Positions 27,798-36,948 of a DNA stretch of 64,000 nt are shown one piece after another. A program made the position numbers and the translations under genes. The DNA comes from Anaerolineae bacterium (GTDB lineage: Bacteria > Chloroflexota > Anaerolineae > UBA1429). The DNA lies in NCBI GenBank assembly GCA_963675785.1, contig OY776562.1, forward strand, positions 1,440,001-1,504,000, read 5' to 3'. The stretch's first letter is position 1. The number at the start of each line of letters is the position of its first letter. The notes under the pieces were generated by a model that saw only the letters and a program-made list of their open reading frames with translations, did no database searches and had not been told where the DNA came from.

Positions 27798-28044
27798 CTA
27801 CAGCTCTCCTTGTTTACAACAGCCTGTGAAAAACCAGAGAGCCCCATTGCCCTCTGGTAATAGACACACAAGCCCCCTCGCATCATGCGGTGCGAGTCAG
27901 CCAGCATCAATGCAGTCTATCCAAATTGTTAAGGGCTTTCCAATGCGAGGGGGTGTTCTAGAGGGGTGATTTATAACAGTTTGCATAGAATTGACACGCA
28001 AACTCGAAACGATTGAGCTCCTGACCGAGGAGGAGATGTAAACA

Positions 28045-28073
28045 AAGAGGGGGAGCATAAAGCTCCCCCTCTT
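28045..28073 (-). terminator. Terminator
   Basis: aagagggggagc/gctccccctctt with a U-run on the minus strand. Confidence 0.75.
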
Positions 28074-28102
28074 GATATGTTGCTAGAGCAAATCGTCAAG
28101 GC

Positions 28103-30118
28103 TTAGCGCATGACCAAGGGAACGAACACATGAGCAGCCGGTGTCGGCGTTACCCCTACCGTCGGCGTCACTCCCACTGTTGGCGTTACTCCCACCGTCG
28201 GCGTTACGCCAACTGTAGAAGTTGCTGTGGGCGTCGGTGAGGTCGTCACAAAGCGAAGGATGTACATGCCACCGTTCTGGTTGGCTGTATAGATATAGTC
28301 ACCAACACAGCACACGCCTCGGACTGACCCACCCATGCCGAATGTCTCGACTTCGGTAATATCCGTCGGATCACTGACATCCAGAACGACCAATCCCGAT
28401 TGATCAAAGGCGACAAAGGCATAGCCGTCATCGACAACTACATCCCACGCCGCATCTTCTGTATCCGTCGTATTATAAGAATCTGCCAAAGTCGGATGAG
28501 CTGGATCACTTATATTGAGAACAACAAAACCAGCTTCGCGGTTGGCCACATAAGCATAGTTTCCAACCACATAGACGCCACAAGCTGAATCCAGAACGTA
28601 ATATCCAACCTCGGAAGGACTAGCAGGATTATTCACATTGATGATTCGCAAACCATAACTGCCATCTGTCACATAGGCATAGTCATCGGCCACGTAAACA
28701 CTACTAGCCTCTCCTTGGGTATCATAGTTCCCAACCAAGGTAGCCGTTATCGATTCGGTCGTCGTAACCGGCATGGTTATCTGAAAGATATCCAAACCGC
28801 CCTCAGCCGCCGCTACATAGGCGTAATCTCCCGCCACATATACACCAAGAGCACGCCCCGTTGTAGCCAAAAGGCCTCTATCTTGAGGATCACCCAACTC
28901 GTTGTAGGCCATAATCCTCAGTCCGTCGCCATTTTCCGCCAAGTATAGATAATCACCAGAGCTATAAACATCCCGCACTGCGTCGGACATGGGATAAAGG
29001 CCGTTTTCTTGAGGATCATCGATCGTATCAGTTTGCACACAATGCAAACCACCATATTCAGCAGCCTCGTAAGCGTGAGCGTCATCCGCAGCGCAAACGC
29101 TGAGTACATTCCCAGCGGAGATAGATTCCCACACCGAGCTCATGTTCTCCAGATCACTCATGTCCACAATCTGGAATCCGTAATTGGAATCAGCGATAAA
29201 AGCATAGTTTCCGCTGACAGCCAACTCAGTTGCATAAGGCAATCCAGAATAAGTCCCCGCATCCGTAGGTATTGACGGGTTACTGACATCGACAACCTGC
29301 AAGCCGGTTCCGGAATAATCCGCCACATAAGCATGATTGCTTGAAACAGTCACGCCACAAGCCATACCCGATGTAGAAAAATCCCCTGTGTAAGACAGGG
29401 TTGGCGTCACAATAGCCGTGATTGTCAGAATCTGCAAGCCGTTGTTGCCATCAGCGACGTAGGCAGTAGGGCCTGCAATACATATATCTATCGCTTCGCC
29501 ATCCGTATCATAGCTATTAACCTCTACAGGAGCAGTTGGCGTGCTGATATCAATGATGCGCACGCCTTGATCGCCATCGGCCACATAGGCATAGTTACCT
29601 GAGACATAGACATTCTGCGCATAACCATCTGTATCAAACGAGCCAACCTCAGATGGAGACGACGGAGTGCTCACATCGAACACTGTCAAACCGGCATCCC
29701 CATCAGCGACATAGGCATAGTCCCCCACCACATAAACGCCCTGTGCCTCTCCAGGGGTGACAGCACTGGCAATGTACTCGATCGATGAAGGATCAACCAC
29801 ATCGAGCATGAGCAACCCATTTGCGCCAAGGGTTGCAAATAATGTGTCGCCGCTGATAAAGATATCCGTCACCACATTGTCAAAGAGCCCTGTCCGATTG
29901 ACAGGTGACGCCGAAGCGGGGTCAGAGACATCAATGACTACGATGCGCGCCCCCGTGCCTACATAGGCATAATCACCAGACAAGAAGACGGTATTGACCG
30001 CACCGCCGACTTGCCCGACATATTCTCCTGCCTCGATACCGGCTTGGCTGACCATTGCACCTACACCAAGCGTAAGCACGAGTAAGACTACCAAAACGAC
30101 GCTTGTAATTCGCTTCAT
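28103..30118 (-). CDS. Secreted LVIVD-repeat protein
   Basis: Signal peptide and many YAYVAD...GL repeats. VGVTPT x4 (18-bp tandem repeat at ~28140-28215). C-terminal VFVPLVMR. Confidence 0.9.
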   Translation of the reverse strand: MKRITSVVLVVLLVLTLGVGAMVSQAGIEAGEYVGQVGGAVNTVFLSGDYAYVGTGARIVVIDVSDPASASPVNRTGLFDNVVTDIFISGDTLFATLGANGLLMLDVVDPSSIEYIASAVTPGEAQGVYVVGDYAYVADGDAGLTVFDVSTPSSPSEVGSFDTDGYAQNVYVSGNYAYVADGDQGVRIIDISTPTAPVEVNSYDTDGEAIDICIAGPTAYVADGNNGLQILTITAIVTPTLSYTGDFSTSGMACGVTVSSNHAYVADYSGTGLQVVDVSNPSIPTDAGTYSGLPYATELAVSGNYAFIADSNYGFQIVDMSDLENMSSVWESISAGNVLSVCAADDAHAYEAAEYGGLHCVQTDTIDDPQENGLYPMSDAVRDVYSSGDYLYLAENGDGLRIMAYNELGDPQDRGLLATTGRALGVYVAGDYAYVAAAEGGLDIFQITMPVTTTESITATLVGNYDTQGEASSVYVADDYAYVTDGSYGLRIINVNNPASPSEVGYYVLDSACGVYVVGNYAYVANREAGFVVLNISDPAHPTLADSYNTTDTEDAAWDVVVDDGYAFVAFDQSGLVVLDVSDPTDITEVETFGMGGSVRGVCCVGDYIYTANQNGGMYILRFVTTSPTPTATSTVGVTPTVGVTPTVGVTPTVGVTPTPAAHVFVPLVMR

Positions 30119-30242
30119 CGATGAAACCTCCTCAACAGGGAGAAAACGGTTCGAATCGGCGCATTATATCCAAATCAAATAATACAAGCGAGTTTTAGGC
30201 CATTTTTGATAAAAGCTGACACATTCTTTACGCAAAACAAAG

Positions 30243-30279
30243 AATACGGCAGGGGATAAGAATACCCCTCAGCCGTATT
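30243..30279 (-). terminator. Probable terminator
   Basis: aatacggc..gggg/cccc..gccgtatt stem after the stop. Confidence 0.55.
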
Positions 30280-30306
30280 GATTTAATAGTTAAAAAACAG
30301 AATAGA

Positions 30307-32220
30307 TTAGCGCAGGATCAATGGGATGAACACCTGCGGTCCTGGTGTAGGACCCGTGTAGTTCAGAATGTAGAGACCACCATCTCCATTTGCCAGATAG
30401 ATGTACTCCCCATTCACATACACGTCATCGGCAGAGCCTGGTGTATCATAGCTGCCAACCAGTTTCGGATTAGCCAGATTATATACATCAATAACTTGCA
30501 AATCCCCATTAGAATCCGTCACATAGGCACGGTTTCCACTCACATACACGCCTTGGGCGTCTCCCAGCATATCGTAGCTGCCAGCCAGTGCAGGCAGAGT
30601 CGGGTCGCTTATATCGATAACTTGCAAACCGCTACTTCCATCCGCCACATAGGCATAGCTTCCATTCACATATATGCCTTGAGCATCTCCTGGTGTATCA
30701 TAGCTGCCAACCAGTTCCGGATTAGCCGGATCGCTTACATCAATGACCTGCAGTCCCTCCAGACCATCCGCTACATAGGCATAGCTTCCCCTTACATACA
30801 CGCCGCGGACAGAGCCTGGTGTATCGTTATTGCAAACCGATTCCGGATCAGTCGGATCGCTTACATCGATAATCCGCAATCCGCCATTATCCACTACATA
30901 GGCATAATTCCCGCTCGCGTATACACCACCGGCATGTCCTGACATCCCATAGCTGCCAATCAACGTCGGTGAGGTTGGATCGCTTATATCAACAATCTGA
31001 AGACCGCCAATATAACTGTGATCCGCCACATAGGCATAACCCTCACTCACCCATACATTATCGGCGTAACCTACAGAATCACAGCTGCCAACCAACGTCG
31101 GTGAGGTTGGATCGCTTACATCAAAGACCCGCAAACCCGCCCAACCATTTGCCACATAAGCATAGTTTCCAGTCGCATACACACCTCGCATGACACCTAA
31201 TGTATCATAGCTACCAGCCAGCGCAGGCAAAGTCGGGTCACTTATATCGACAATCCGCAAACCCGCCCCACCACTCACCACATAGGCATAGTCTCCACTC
31301 GTATATACACCATCTCCTGGTGTTATATAGCTGCCGACCAGCGCCGGATTGGCCGGATCACTTATGTCAATAACACCCAAGCGGCCATAATTCGCCAGAT
31401 AGGCATAGTTTCCACTCACATATACGTCATAGGTCCATAGATCCATGCTATAACCACCAGCCAGCGTCGGCTCGGTCGGAACGCTTACGTCGATAACTTG
31501 CAAACCCTTGTCATTATCCGCCACATAGGCATAGTTTCCGCTCACATACACACTATAGGCAATTCCTGGTGTCTCATAACTGCCAGCCAGCTCTGGCAAA
31601 GCTGGATCGCTTGTATCGATGATCAGTAAACTGAATGCTTCCGTTATGTAGGCATAACTCTCACTCACATACACGTCATAGGCATAGCTTAGCGTATCAT
31701 AGCTGCCAGCCAGCGTCGGCTCGGCCGGGTTGGTAACATCGAGAATCTGCAAGCCAGAACCCATAGCTGCCACGTATGCATAGTTCCCACTCACATACAC
31801 GTTGTTGGGATTCCCTGGTAGGTCATAGCTGCTAACGAGCGTTGGCCTAGTCGGTTCGCGCACATCAATGACCTGAAGCGCGCCACCATAATCATAGCCA
31901 TAGTTTTCCCCTACATAGACGCCCGTTACATAGGCATAGTCCCCACTCACATACACGCCTGTTACAAAAACGGGCATCACCGCAGATTGCCCCACTATCA
32001 TCGGCGAGGTTGAATCGGAAATGTTCAAAATCACCAATCGCGGACCTACGCCTAAATAGGCATAGTTTCCTTCCACAAATACCCCAGACGAAGACCCCCC
32101 TATTTGCCCTACTAGCTCTACATTCTCAGTCTCTTCTGCCACACTGACGCCGGGCAGCAGAGCAAAGAACAAAGCCATAGTAGCTATCACAAAGAACAAT
32201 CGTCGGGTTGGGGTCATCAT
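30307..32220 (-). CDS. Secreted LVIVD-repeat protein
   Basis: Very regular ~42-aa repeats GSYDTPG..VYVSGNYAYVA..GLQVIDVSDP. C-terminal VFIPLILR. Confidence 0.9.
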   Translation of the reverse strand: MMTPTRRLFFVIATMALFFALLPGVSVAEETENVELVGQIGGSSSGVFVEGNYAYLGVGPRLVILNISDSTSPMIVGQSAVMPVFVTGVYVSGDYAYVTGVYVGENYGYDYGGALQVIDVREPTRPTLVSSYDLPGNPNNVYVSGNYAYVAAMGSGLQILDVTNPAEPTLAGSYDTLSYAYDVYVSESYAYITEAFSLLIIDTSDPALPELAGSYETPGIAYSVYVSGNYAYVADNDKGLQVIDVSVPTEPTLAGGYSMDLWTYDVYVSGNYAYLANYGRLGVIDISDPANPALVGSYITPGDGVYTSGDYAYVVSGGAGLRIVDISDPTLPALAGSYDTLGVMRGVYATGNYAYVANGWAGLRVFDVSDPTSPTLVGSCDSVGYADNVWVSEGYAYVADHSYIGGLQIVDISDPTSPTLIGSYGMSGHAGGVYASGNYAYVVDNGGLRIIDVSDPTDPESVCNNDTPGSVRGVYVRGSYAYVADGLEGLQVIDVSDPANPELVGSYDTPGDAQGIYVNGSYAYVADGSSGLQVIDISDPTLPALAGSYDMLGDAQGVYVSGNRAYVTDSNGDLQVIDVYNLANPKLVGSYDTPGSADDVYVNGEYIYLANGDGGLYILNYTGPTPGPQVFIPLILR

Positions 32221-32435
32221 GTCCCTTTCACTGCCTATTGAGTAAAATCGTTACTCTATTATCCTTATTATAGTCGTCTTTTAACGTATTACACGCTAAA
32301 GAGCTAAAGGGGGCCTCTATTGAGCACTTTTTCCCCGATGTATATGCTTTTTGATAACAAAAAAGAGGAGGAGCGTCAGCTCCTCCAGGGGCCTTGGCTC
32401 CTCCTCTAAATACTGCCACCCTATCAGCGCTTCAC

Positions 32436-34637
32436 TCAGCGCAGAATCAGCGGGATAAACGCCTGTGATCCTGGCGTGGGTGTAGCCGTCGGTCTAAATA
32501 TACTCGTCGCGGTAGCATTGGGCATAGTCGTAACATTTGGCATAACCGTGGGTGCAAAAGTAGCTGTAGGTACAAATGCCTCAGTAGCAGTTGCTGTAGC
32601 TGTAGCAGTAGCAGTTGCTGTAAATGTGGCAGCAGTCGTCGCTGTGGCCGTTGCTGTAGACGTAAGTGTAAATGTAGCAGTAGACGTTGCTGTGGCAGTC
32701 GACGTTGCCGTAGCAGTTGATGTAGCCGTAGGCGTAGGCTCATCCTCAGCCAAACGCAGAATCACCAAGCCTCCATCATAATCTAGCACATAGGCATAGT
32801 TATCTAAAACCACCACGTCCATCGCGTATCCCGGTGTATCGCATACCGTTACTCGCGATGGGCGATAAGGATTGTTTACATCTATAACCACTAATCCCTC
32901 GTGCCCATCAGCAACATAAGCGTATCCATCCGAAACAGCAACACCTTGAGCATCACCTTGAGTATCATAACGGCCGGTAAGTACGGGACTGTCCGGATGG
33001 CTCACATCACTTACGTCAACAATTATAAGGCCTGTGGAAATATCCGCCACATAAGCAAAATCCCCTTGTACGACGATATCCTTTGCCGCTCCCTCCGTAG
33101 CATACGTGCTTTTCCAACGCGGTGTAGTTGGATCGTTTATATCATAGATCCCAAATCCGCTTATCTGCGCAGCGCCATAGAGGTATCCGTTACTAATATC
33201 TAAACAACAACCACGAAATGAAGTCGGTGAATCTACAAAAACTGGCAAAGTCGGTTCACGTACATCTATAATCTCGGAAGCTTCTCCATAGGGGTCGTTA
33301 TATCCTGTTGCATAGATATAACCTTCAAACAGCCCAATTTCGCGTATAGGAAATGATGTACTATATACGCCCATCTGAGTTATCTCATTCGGATTACTTA
33401 TATCAAGTATCTCAAGATTAGAATCCTCACCAACATAAGCTCTAGTTTCATCTACTATTACGCAGGCAGCATATCCCAATGTATCGTAAGTTCCTAAAGT
33501 AAGAGGCATACTCAGGTCGCTCAAATCCATGATTTCAAGGCCATCGTAGCCCCTGGCAATATACATTCTATCTGCTGTACAAAATACACTCTGGGCACGC
33601 GATTTTGCTTCATAGCTTCCGACCAGCAAGGGTGTAACTGGATCATGTAAATCCACGACCTCAAGTCCCTGAAACAACCTAGCATCAGGATAAAGATCAG
33701 CAATTGCCACATACGCATGGTTATCTGAGTATGCCAACTCCCTTGCTGTACCAAAAGTAGAATAAAGTCCTATAGAAACAGGCATTGTTGGATCACTAAT
33801 ATCAATAATCTCAAAGCCATCTTGTCCCTCGACAACATAAGCATAGCTTCCGGCAATCGTTACATTGCTTGCCTTCCCCTCTGTATCACATGTCCCAACT
33901 ACATTTGAATAGTTATTAACATCAATTATACCCAAACCATCCTCGCCAAGAGCCAAATACGCGTAATTCTCATCAACAGTAACACTGCAAACGTTGTCCC
34001 AATTCGTCAGGTATGTAGGCCCAGATAGATTGGTCAAATCATACAAACCGATAACACAAAGTCCATATTGACCATCCACAACATACGCATGATAACCATT
34101 TACCGCGACATTTACTGCATAGCCTGATACTTCACGCGATCCTAGCTTGACCAAGTAATTTGGATTCCGAGCATTGAAAACCGAGAAACCCTGTCGCCCT
34201 TCCGCTATATAGACATAGTCATTTGCCACGAACACATCGTTAACTCCTACAGCAGTATCTGAGGTGGCATAATTACTGATAAAAGCCGGCTGACTTTTAT
34301 CGCTCACATCAAGAACGAAAAGTCCATCATATTCAGCAGCTATATATGCATAATCTCCACTCACTTGGATACTTATTCCCACACCCGGCAAAACTGGGGA
34401 TTCTCCTACTAGATAGGGTGAAGAAGGGTCAGAAATATCAAGGATAATTAGCCGAGGGCCTTTACAAACAAAAGCATAGTTCCCCACTACAGAAACGGCG
34501 TTAATATTCCCTCCCATCTGTCCCACTATTTCTACACTTCCGGCAGATGGTTCTGCGGCTGTCATCCCCTCTGGCAACAAAGTTGTTAGCAACATCCCAA
34601 GCAACAAGATAACTCCAATTTTTTGCCAGCTTGACAT
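32436..34637 (-). CDS. Secreted LVIVD-repeat protein with long Thr/Ala linker
   Basis: GAGGGG RBS, signal peptide and LVIVD repeats. TATA-rich low-complexity tail ending AFIPLILR. Confidence 0.9.
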   Translation of the reverse strand: MSSWQKIGVILLLGMLLTTLLPEGMTAAEPSAGSVEIVGQMGGNINAVSVVGNYAFVCKGPRLIILDISDPSSPYLVGESPVLPGVGISIQVSGDYAYIAAEYDGLFVLDVSDKSQPAFISNYATSDTAVGVNDVFVANDYVYIAEGRQGFSVFNARNPNYLVKLGSREVSGYAVNVAVNGYHAYVVDGQYGLCVIGLYDLTNLSGPTYLTNWDNVCSVTVDENYAYLALGEDGLGIIDVNNYSNVVGTCDTEGKASNVTIAGSYAYVVEGQDGFEIIDISDPTMPVSIGLYSTFGTARELAYSDNHAYVAIADLYPDARLFQGLEVVDLHDPVTPLLVGSYEAKSRAQSVFCTADRMYIARGYDGLEIMDLSDLSMPLTLGTYDTLGYAACVIVDETRAYVGEDSNLEILDISNPNEITQMGVYSTSFPIREIGLFEGYIYATGYNDPYGEASEIIDVREPTLPVFVDSPTSFRGCCLDISNGYLYGAAQISGFGIYDINDPTTPRWKSTYATEGAAKDIVVQGDFAYVADISTGLIIVDVSDVSHPDSPVLTGRYDTQGDAQGVAVSDGYAYVADGHEGLVVIDVNNPYRPSRVTVCDTPGYAMDVVVLDNYAYVLDYDGGLVILRLAEDEPTPTATSTATATSTATATSTATFTLTSTATATATTAATFTATATATATATATEAFVPTATFAPTVMPNVTTMPNATATSIFRPTATPTPGSQAFIPLILR

Positions 34638-34860
34638 GAAAGCTCCCCTCACCTGAATATGTGCCTTCGCAAACACCCTGATCAGATAGTGAAACGCAAG
34701 TATTATACTGCTTATCGTATTCTAAACAATGCTGTTGCTTAAATTTGCCTTAGTTATTTCAATTTGCATATAATTACTTTTTATCTGGTATTGCCCACAA
34801 AAAAGGAGGAGCTTGCGCTCCTCCAAGAGCCTGCACCCCTCCTCTCTCCTGCCATTCCCC

Positions 34861-36744
34861 CTACGCCGGACGAACCACCAGCGTATAGGCCGCAGTATCC
34901 GCTTCTGTGTGCAGCGAGAACACCGCGCGATAGAGCGTATCGCCCCAGTCGTTGCGCATGATGGGGTCAACCAATGGCAAAGCCTCCAGGCGCACGTCCA
35001 GCAGAGCAGCGTCATAGCAGATGCGGCCGAATTCGCTGAGGGCCAGCACGCCAGGCTCCGCGACGGTCATGGGCAGTGGCGAATGCAGCCAGACATCCAA
35101 GTCGATACCCGACTGGCTACAGGCGATGGCATCGGTGATCGAAACAGAACGCGCCTCCCAATCGACCACCGCCGTGCGCACCAGCTTTTTCAGGTCCGCC
35201 TCAGCAGGGTACGCGCCAGCGATATCCTCGCTAAAGGTGTACACGCGCCCCCGGGGGTCATACACCACCTGGCTGGCGGCGTGCTCCGCGCCGGGGGCCT
35301 GCTCGCAGCCGTTCACCATGGGCACATTGTGGCCGCGCGAGCCGATATACCAGTGGGTATACCGCTCAGGGCCAAAGGTCGAGCGGGTGTAGGTTTCACT
35401 GCCGGGATCCACAATCAGGGGACGACTATCACTCATGACGATGAACTGGCCCACGTCGTTATGGTTGTGGTTTTCGCCGTTGTGGCCCCCCTTGATCGCA
35501 AAAACCAGCCCCTTGCCCCACTGCTCGAATTCGCGCAGCACCGCCACCTGCAGATCGGGCAGGTAGCGCTCGGTGGGCCGAGGCAGGCCCTGCGGTGCGG
35601 CATCGCCGGGTACCCAAAAGAGCTCTTGCAGGTGGAAAAGCAGGTCGCCGCCGTTAATGTTCTCCTGCAGTAGAGGCGAGACCTCGCCCTTGGGATCGCC
35701 TCCGCGCAGCACCATGCCAACCAGCTCTTGCATGAGGGCATTGCCGGTGCGGGTGCCAAAGTGGTACACGTTGCCCTCGCGAAAGCGTGGCTTGATGGGC
35801 GCATCGGCAAAGTTCACAAAGTAATCGGCATCCAGGTTGACGGTGACCATGTAATCGCCCATGGCCACGATAAGTGGTTCGCTATAAATATCGACGGCCC
35901 CATCCGTGGCGACGTACATGAACTCGAGCAGGTTGAACATGGCGCCAGCGGCCACGCCCCAATAGCGCGGTCCTTCATTGCAGCCGCCGTCGGGCGGATA
36001 GCGATCGATAAAGCGATCAGTGATGGTCATGAGCTTGCGCGCCATAGCCGCCACACGGTCGGCGTCCTCCCAAATGGCCAAGGCAGCGATGAGCGTGTTC
36101 GAGCAGCACCAGGGCGTCCAGTTGCCATTGCCGCTCATCCAGTGAATGTCCTCCCGTGCCTCGATGGGTTCCAACACTTGGACGTTCATCTGCTGGCGCA
36201 TACGCTCGGTAACCACCGGCGAAACCGCATCCAGTTGTGGCCCTACCAAGCGGTAGATCAACCCCAGGATCGCGGCAGTCTCGCAGGCAAAGAGATCCAC
36301 CGCTTGATTGGCCGTATCCAGGCTGGGCAGCACACCCTCGGACCCCTTGGTGCTGTGCGCCGGAATGATCCAGGTGGTCTCTTCACAAATAACCCAAATG
36401 CCGTTGATGATCTCGTCGATAAAGCGACCCTTCATCTCAAAAGCTTCGGCCAGCACCAGTACTGCCAAGCGCTGTCGCCGCTCAAAATAGGGCTCTTCAT
36501 AATCGCGACGGTTGCCGTTGCGCCCGAAATCCATATAGCGTTCGGCGGGCAAGAACGGCCAGGGCTGCCCCAGGGCGGCTTCGGCACGGGCCACCAACCG
36601 CGCCTTGCGCGCCTGATTCAGTGGATGAGCCAGCAGCCCCTCCCAGGCAGCGCGGTCAGCGGCCGGCGGAAAGGCAAACCAATCCTGCGGACTGCGCAGG
36701 CTGGCACAGATGTCATCGACAGTGTAACGCTCAAGCAGTTTCAT
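34861..36744 (-). CDS. Heparinase II/III-family protein
   Basis: GAGGAGG RBS. VDLFACET, NWTPWC, DGGCNEGPRYW, KGGHNGENHNHNDVGQF and DPGSETY. Confidence 0.8.
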   Translation of the reverse strand: MKLLERYTVDDICASLRSPQDWFAFPPAADRAAWEGLLAHPLNQARKARLVARAEAALGQPWPFLPAERYMDFGRNGNRRDYEEPYFERRQRLAVLVLAEAFEMKGRFIDEIINGIWVICEETTWIIPAHSTKGSEGVLPSLDTANQAVDLFACETAAILGLIYRLVGPQLDAVSPVVTERMRQQMNVQVLEPIEAREDIHWMSGNGNWTPWCCSNTLIAALAIWEDADRVAAMARKLMTITDRFIDRYPPDGGCNEGPRYWGVAAGAMFNLLEFMYVATDGAVDIYSEPLIVAMGDYMVTVNLDADYFVNFADAPIKPRFREGNVYHFGTRTGNALMQELVGMVLRGGDPKGEVSPLLQENINGGDLLFHLQELFWVPGDAAPQGLPRPTERYLPDLQVAVLREFEQWGKGLVFAIKGGHNGENHNHNDVGQFIVMSDSRPLIVDPGSETYTRSTFGPERYTHWYIGSRGHNVPMVNGCEQAPGAEHAASQVVYDPRGRVYTFSEDIAGAYPAEADLKKLVRTAVVDWEARSVSITDAIACSQSGIDLDVWLHSPLPMTVAEPGVLALSEFGRICYDAALLDVRLEALPLVDPIMRNDWGDTLYRAVFSLHTEADTAAYTLVVRPA

Positions 36745-36948
36745 GCTCTTATTCCTCCTCGGTTCCAGCAGACGGGGGCATTGTGCACGGGGTTTGTGGC
36801 GGGGTCAAGGGGAAAACAAAATTTACGCAAAAGCCTTTCCTTGACGTTTTTTTACGCTATCTGACTTGAAATGTTTAGATATATCGAATAAATTCGTTTT
36901 ATCAGGGATATTTAACAATATGCTACATACATCGCCAAAGGGGGCATT

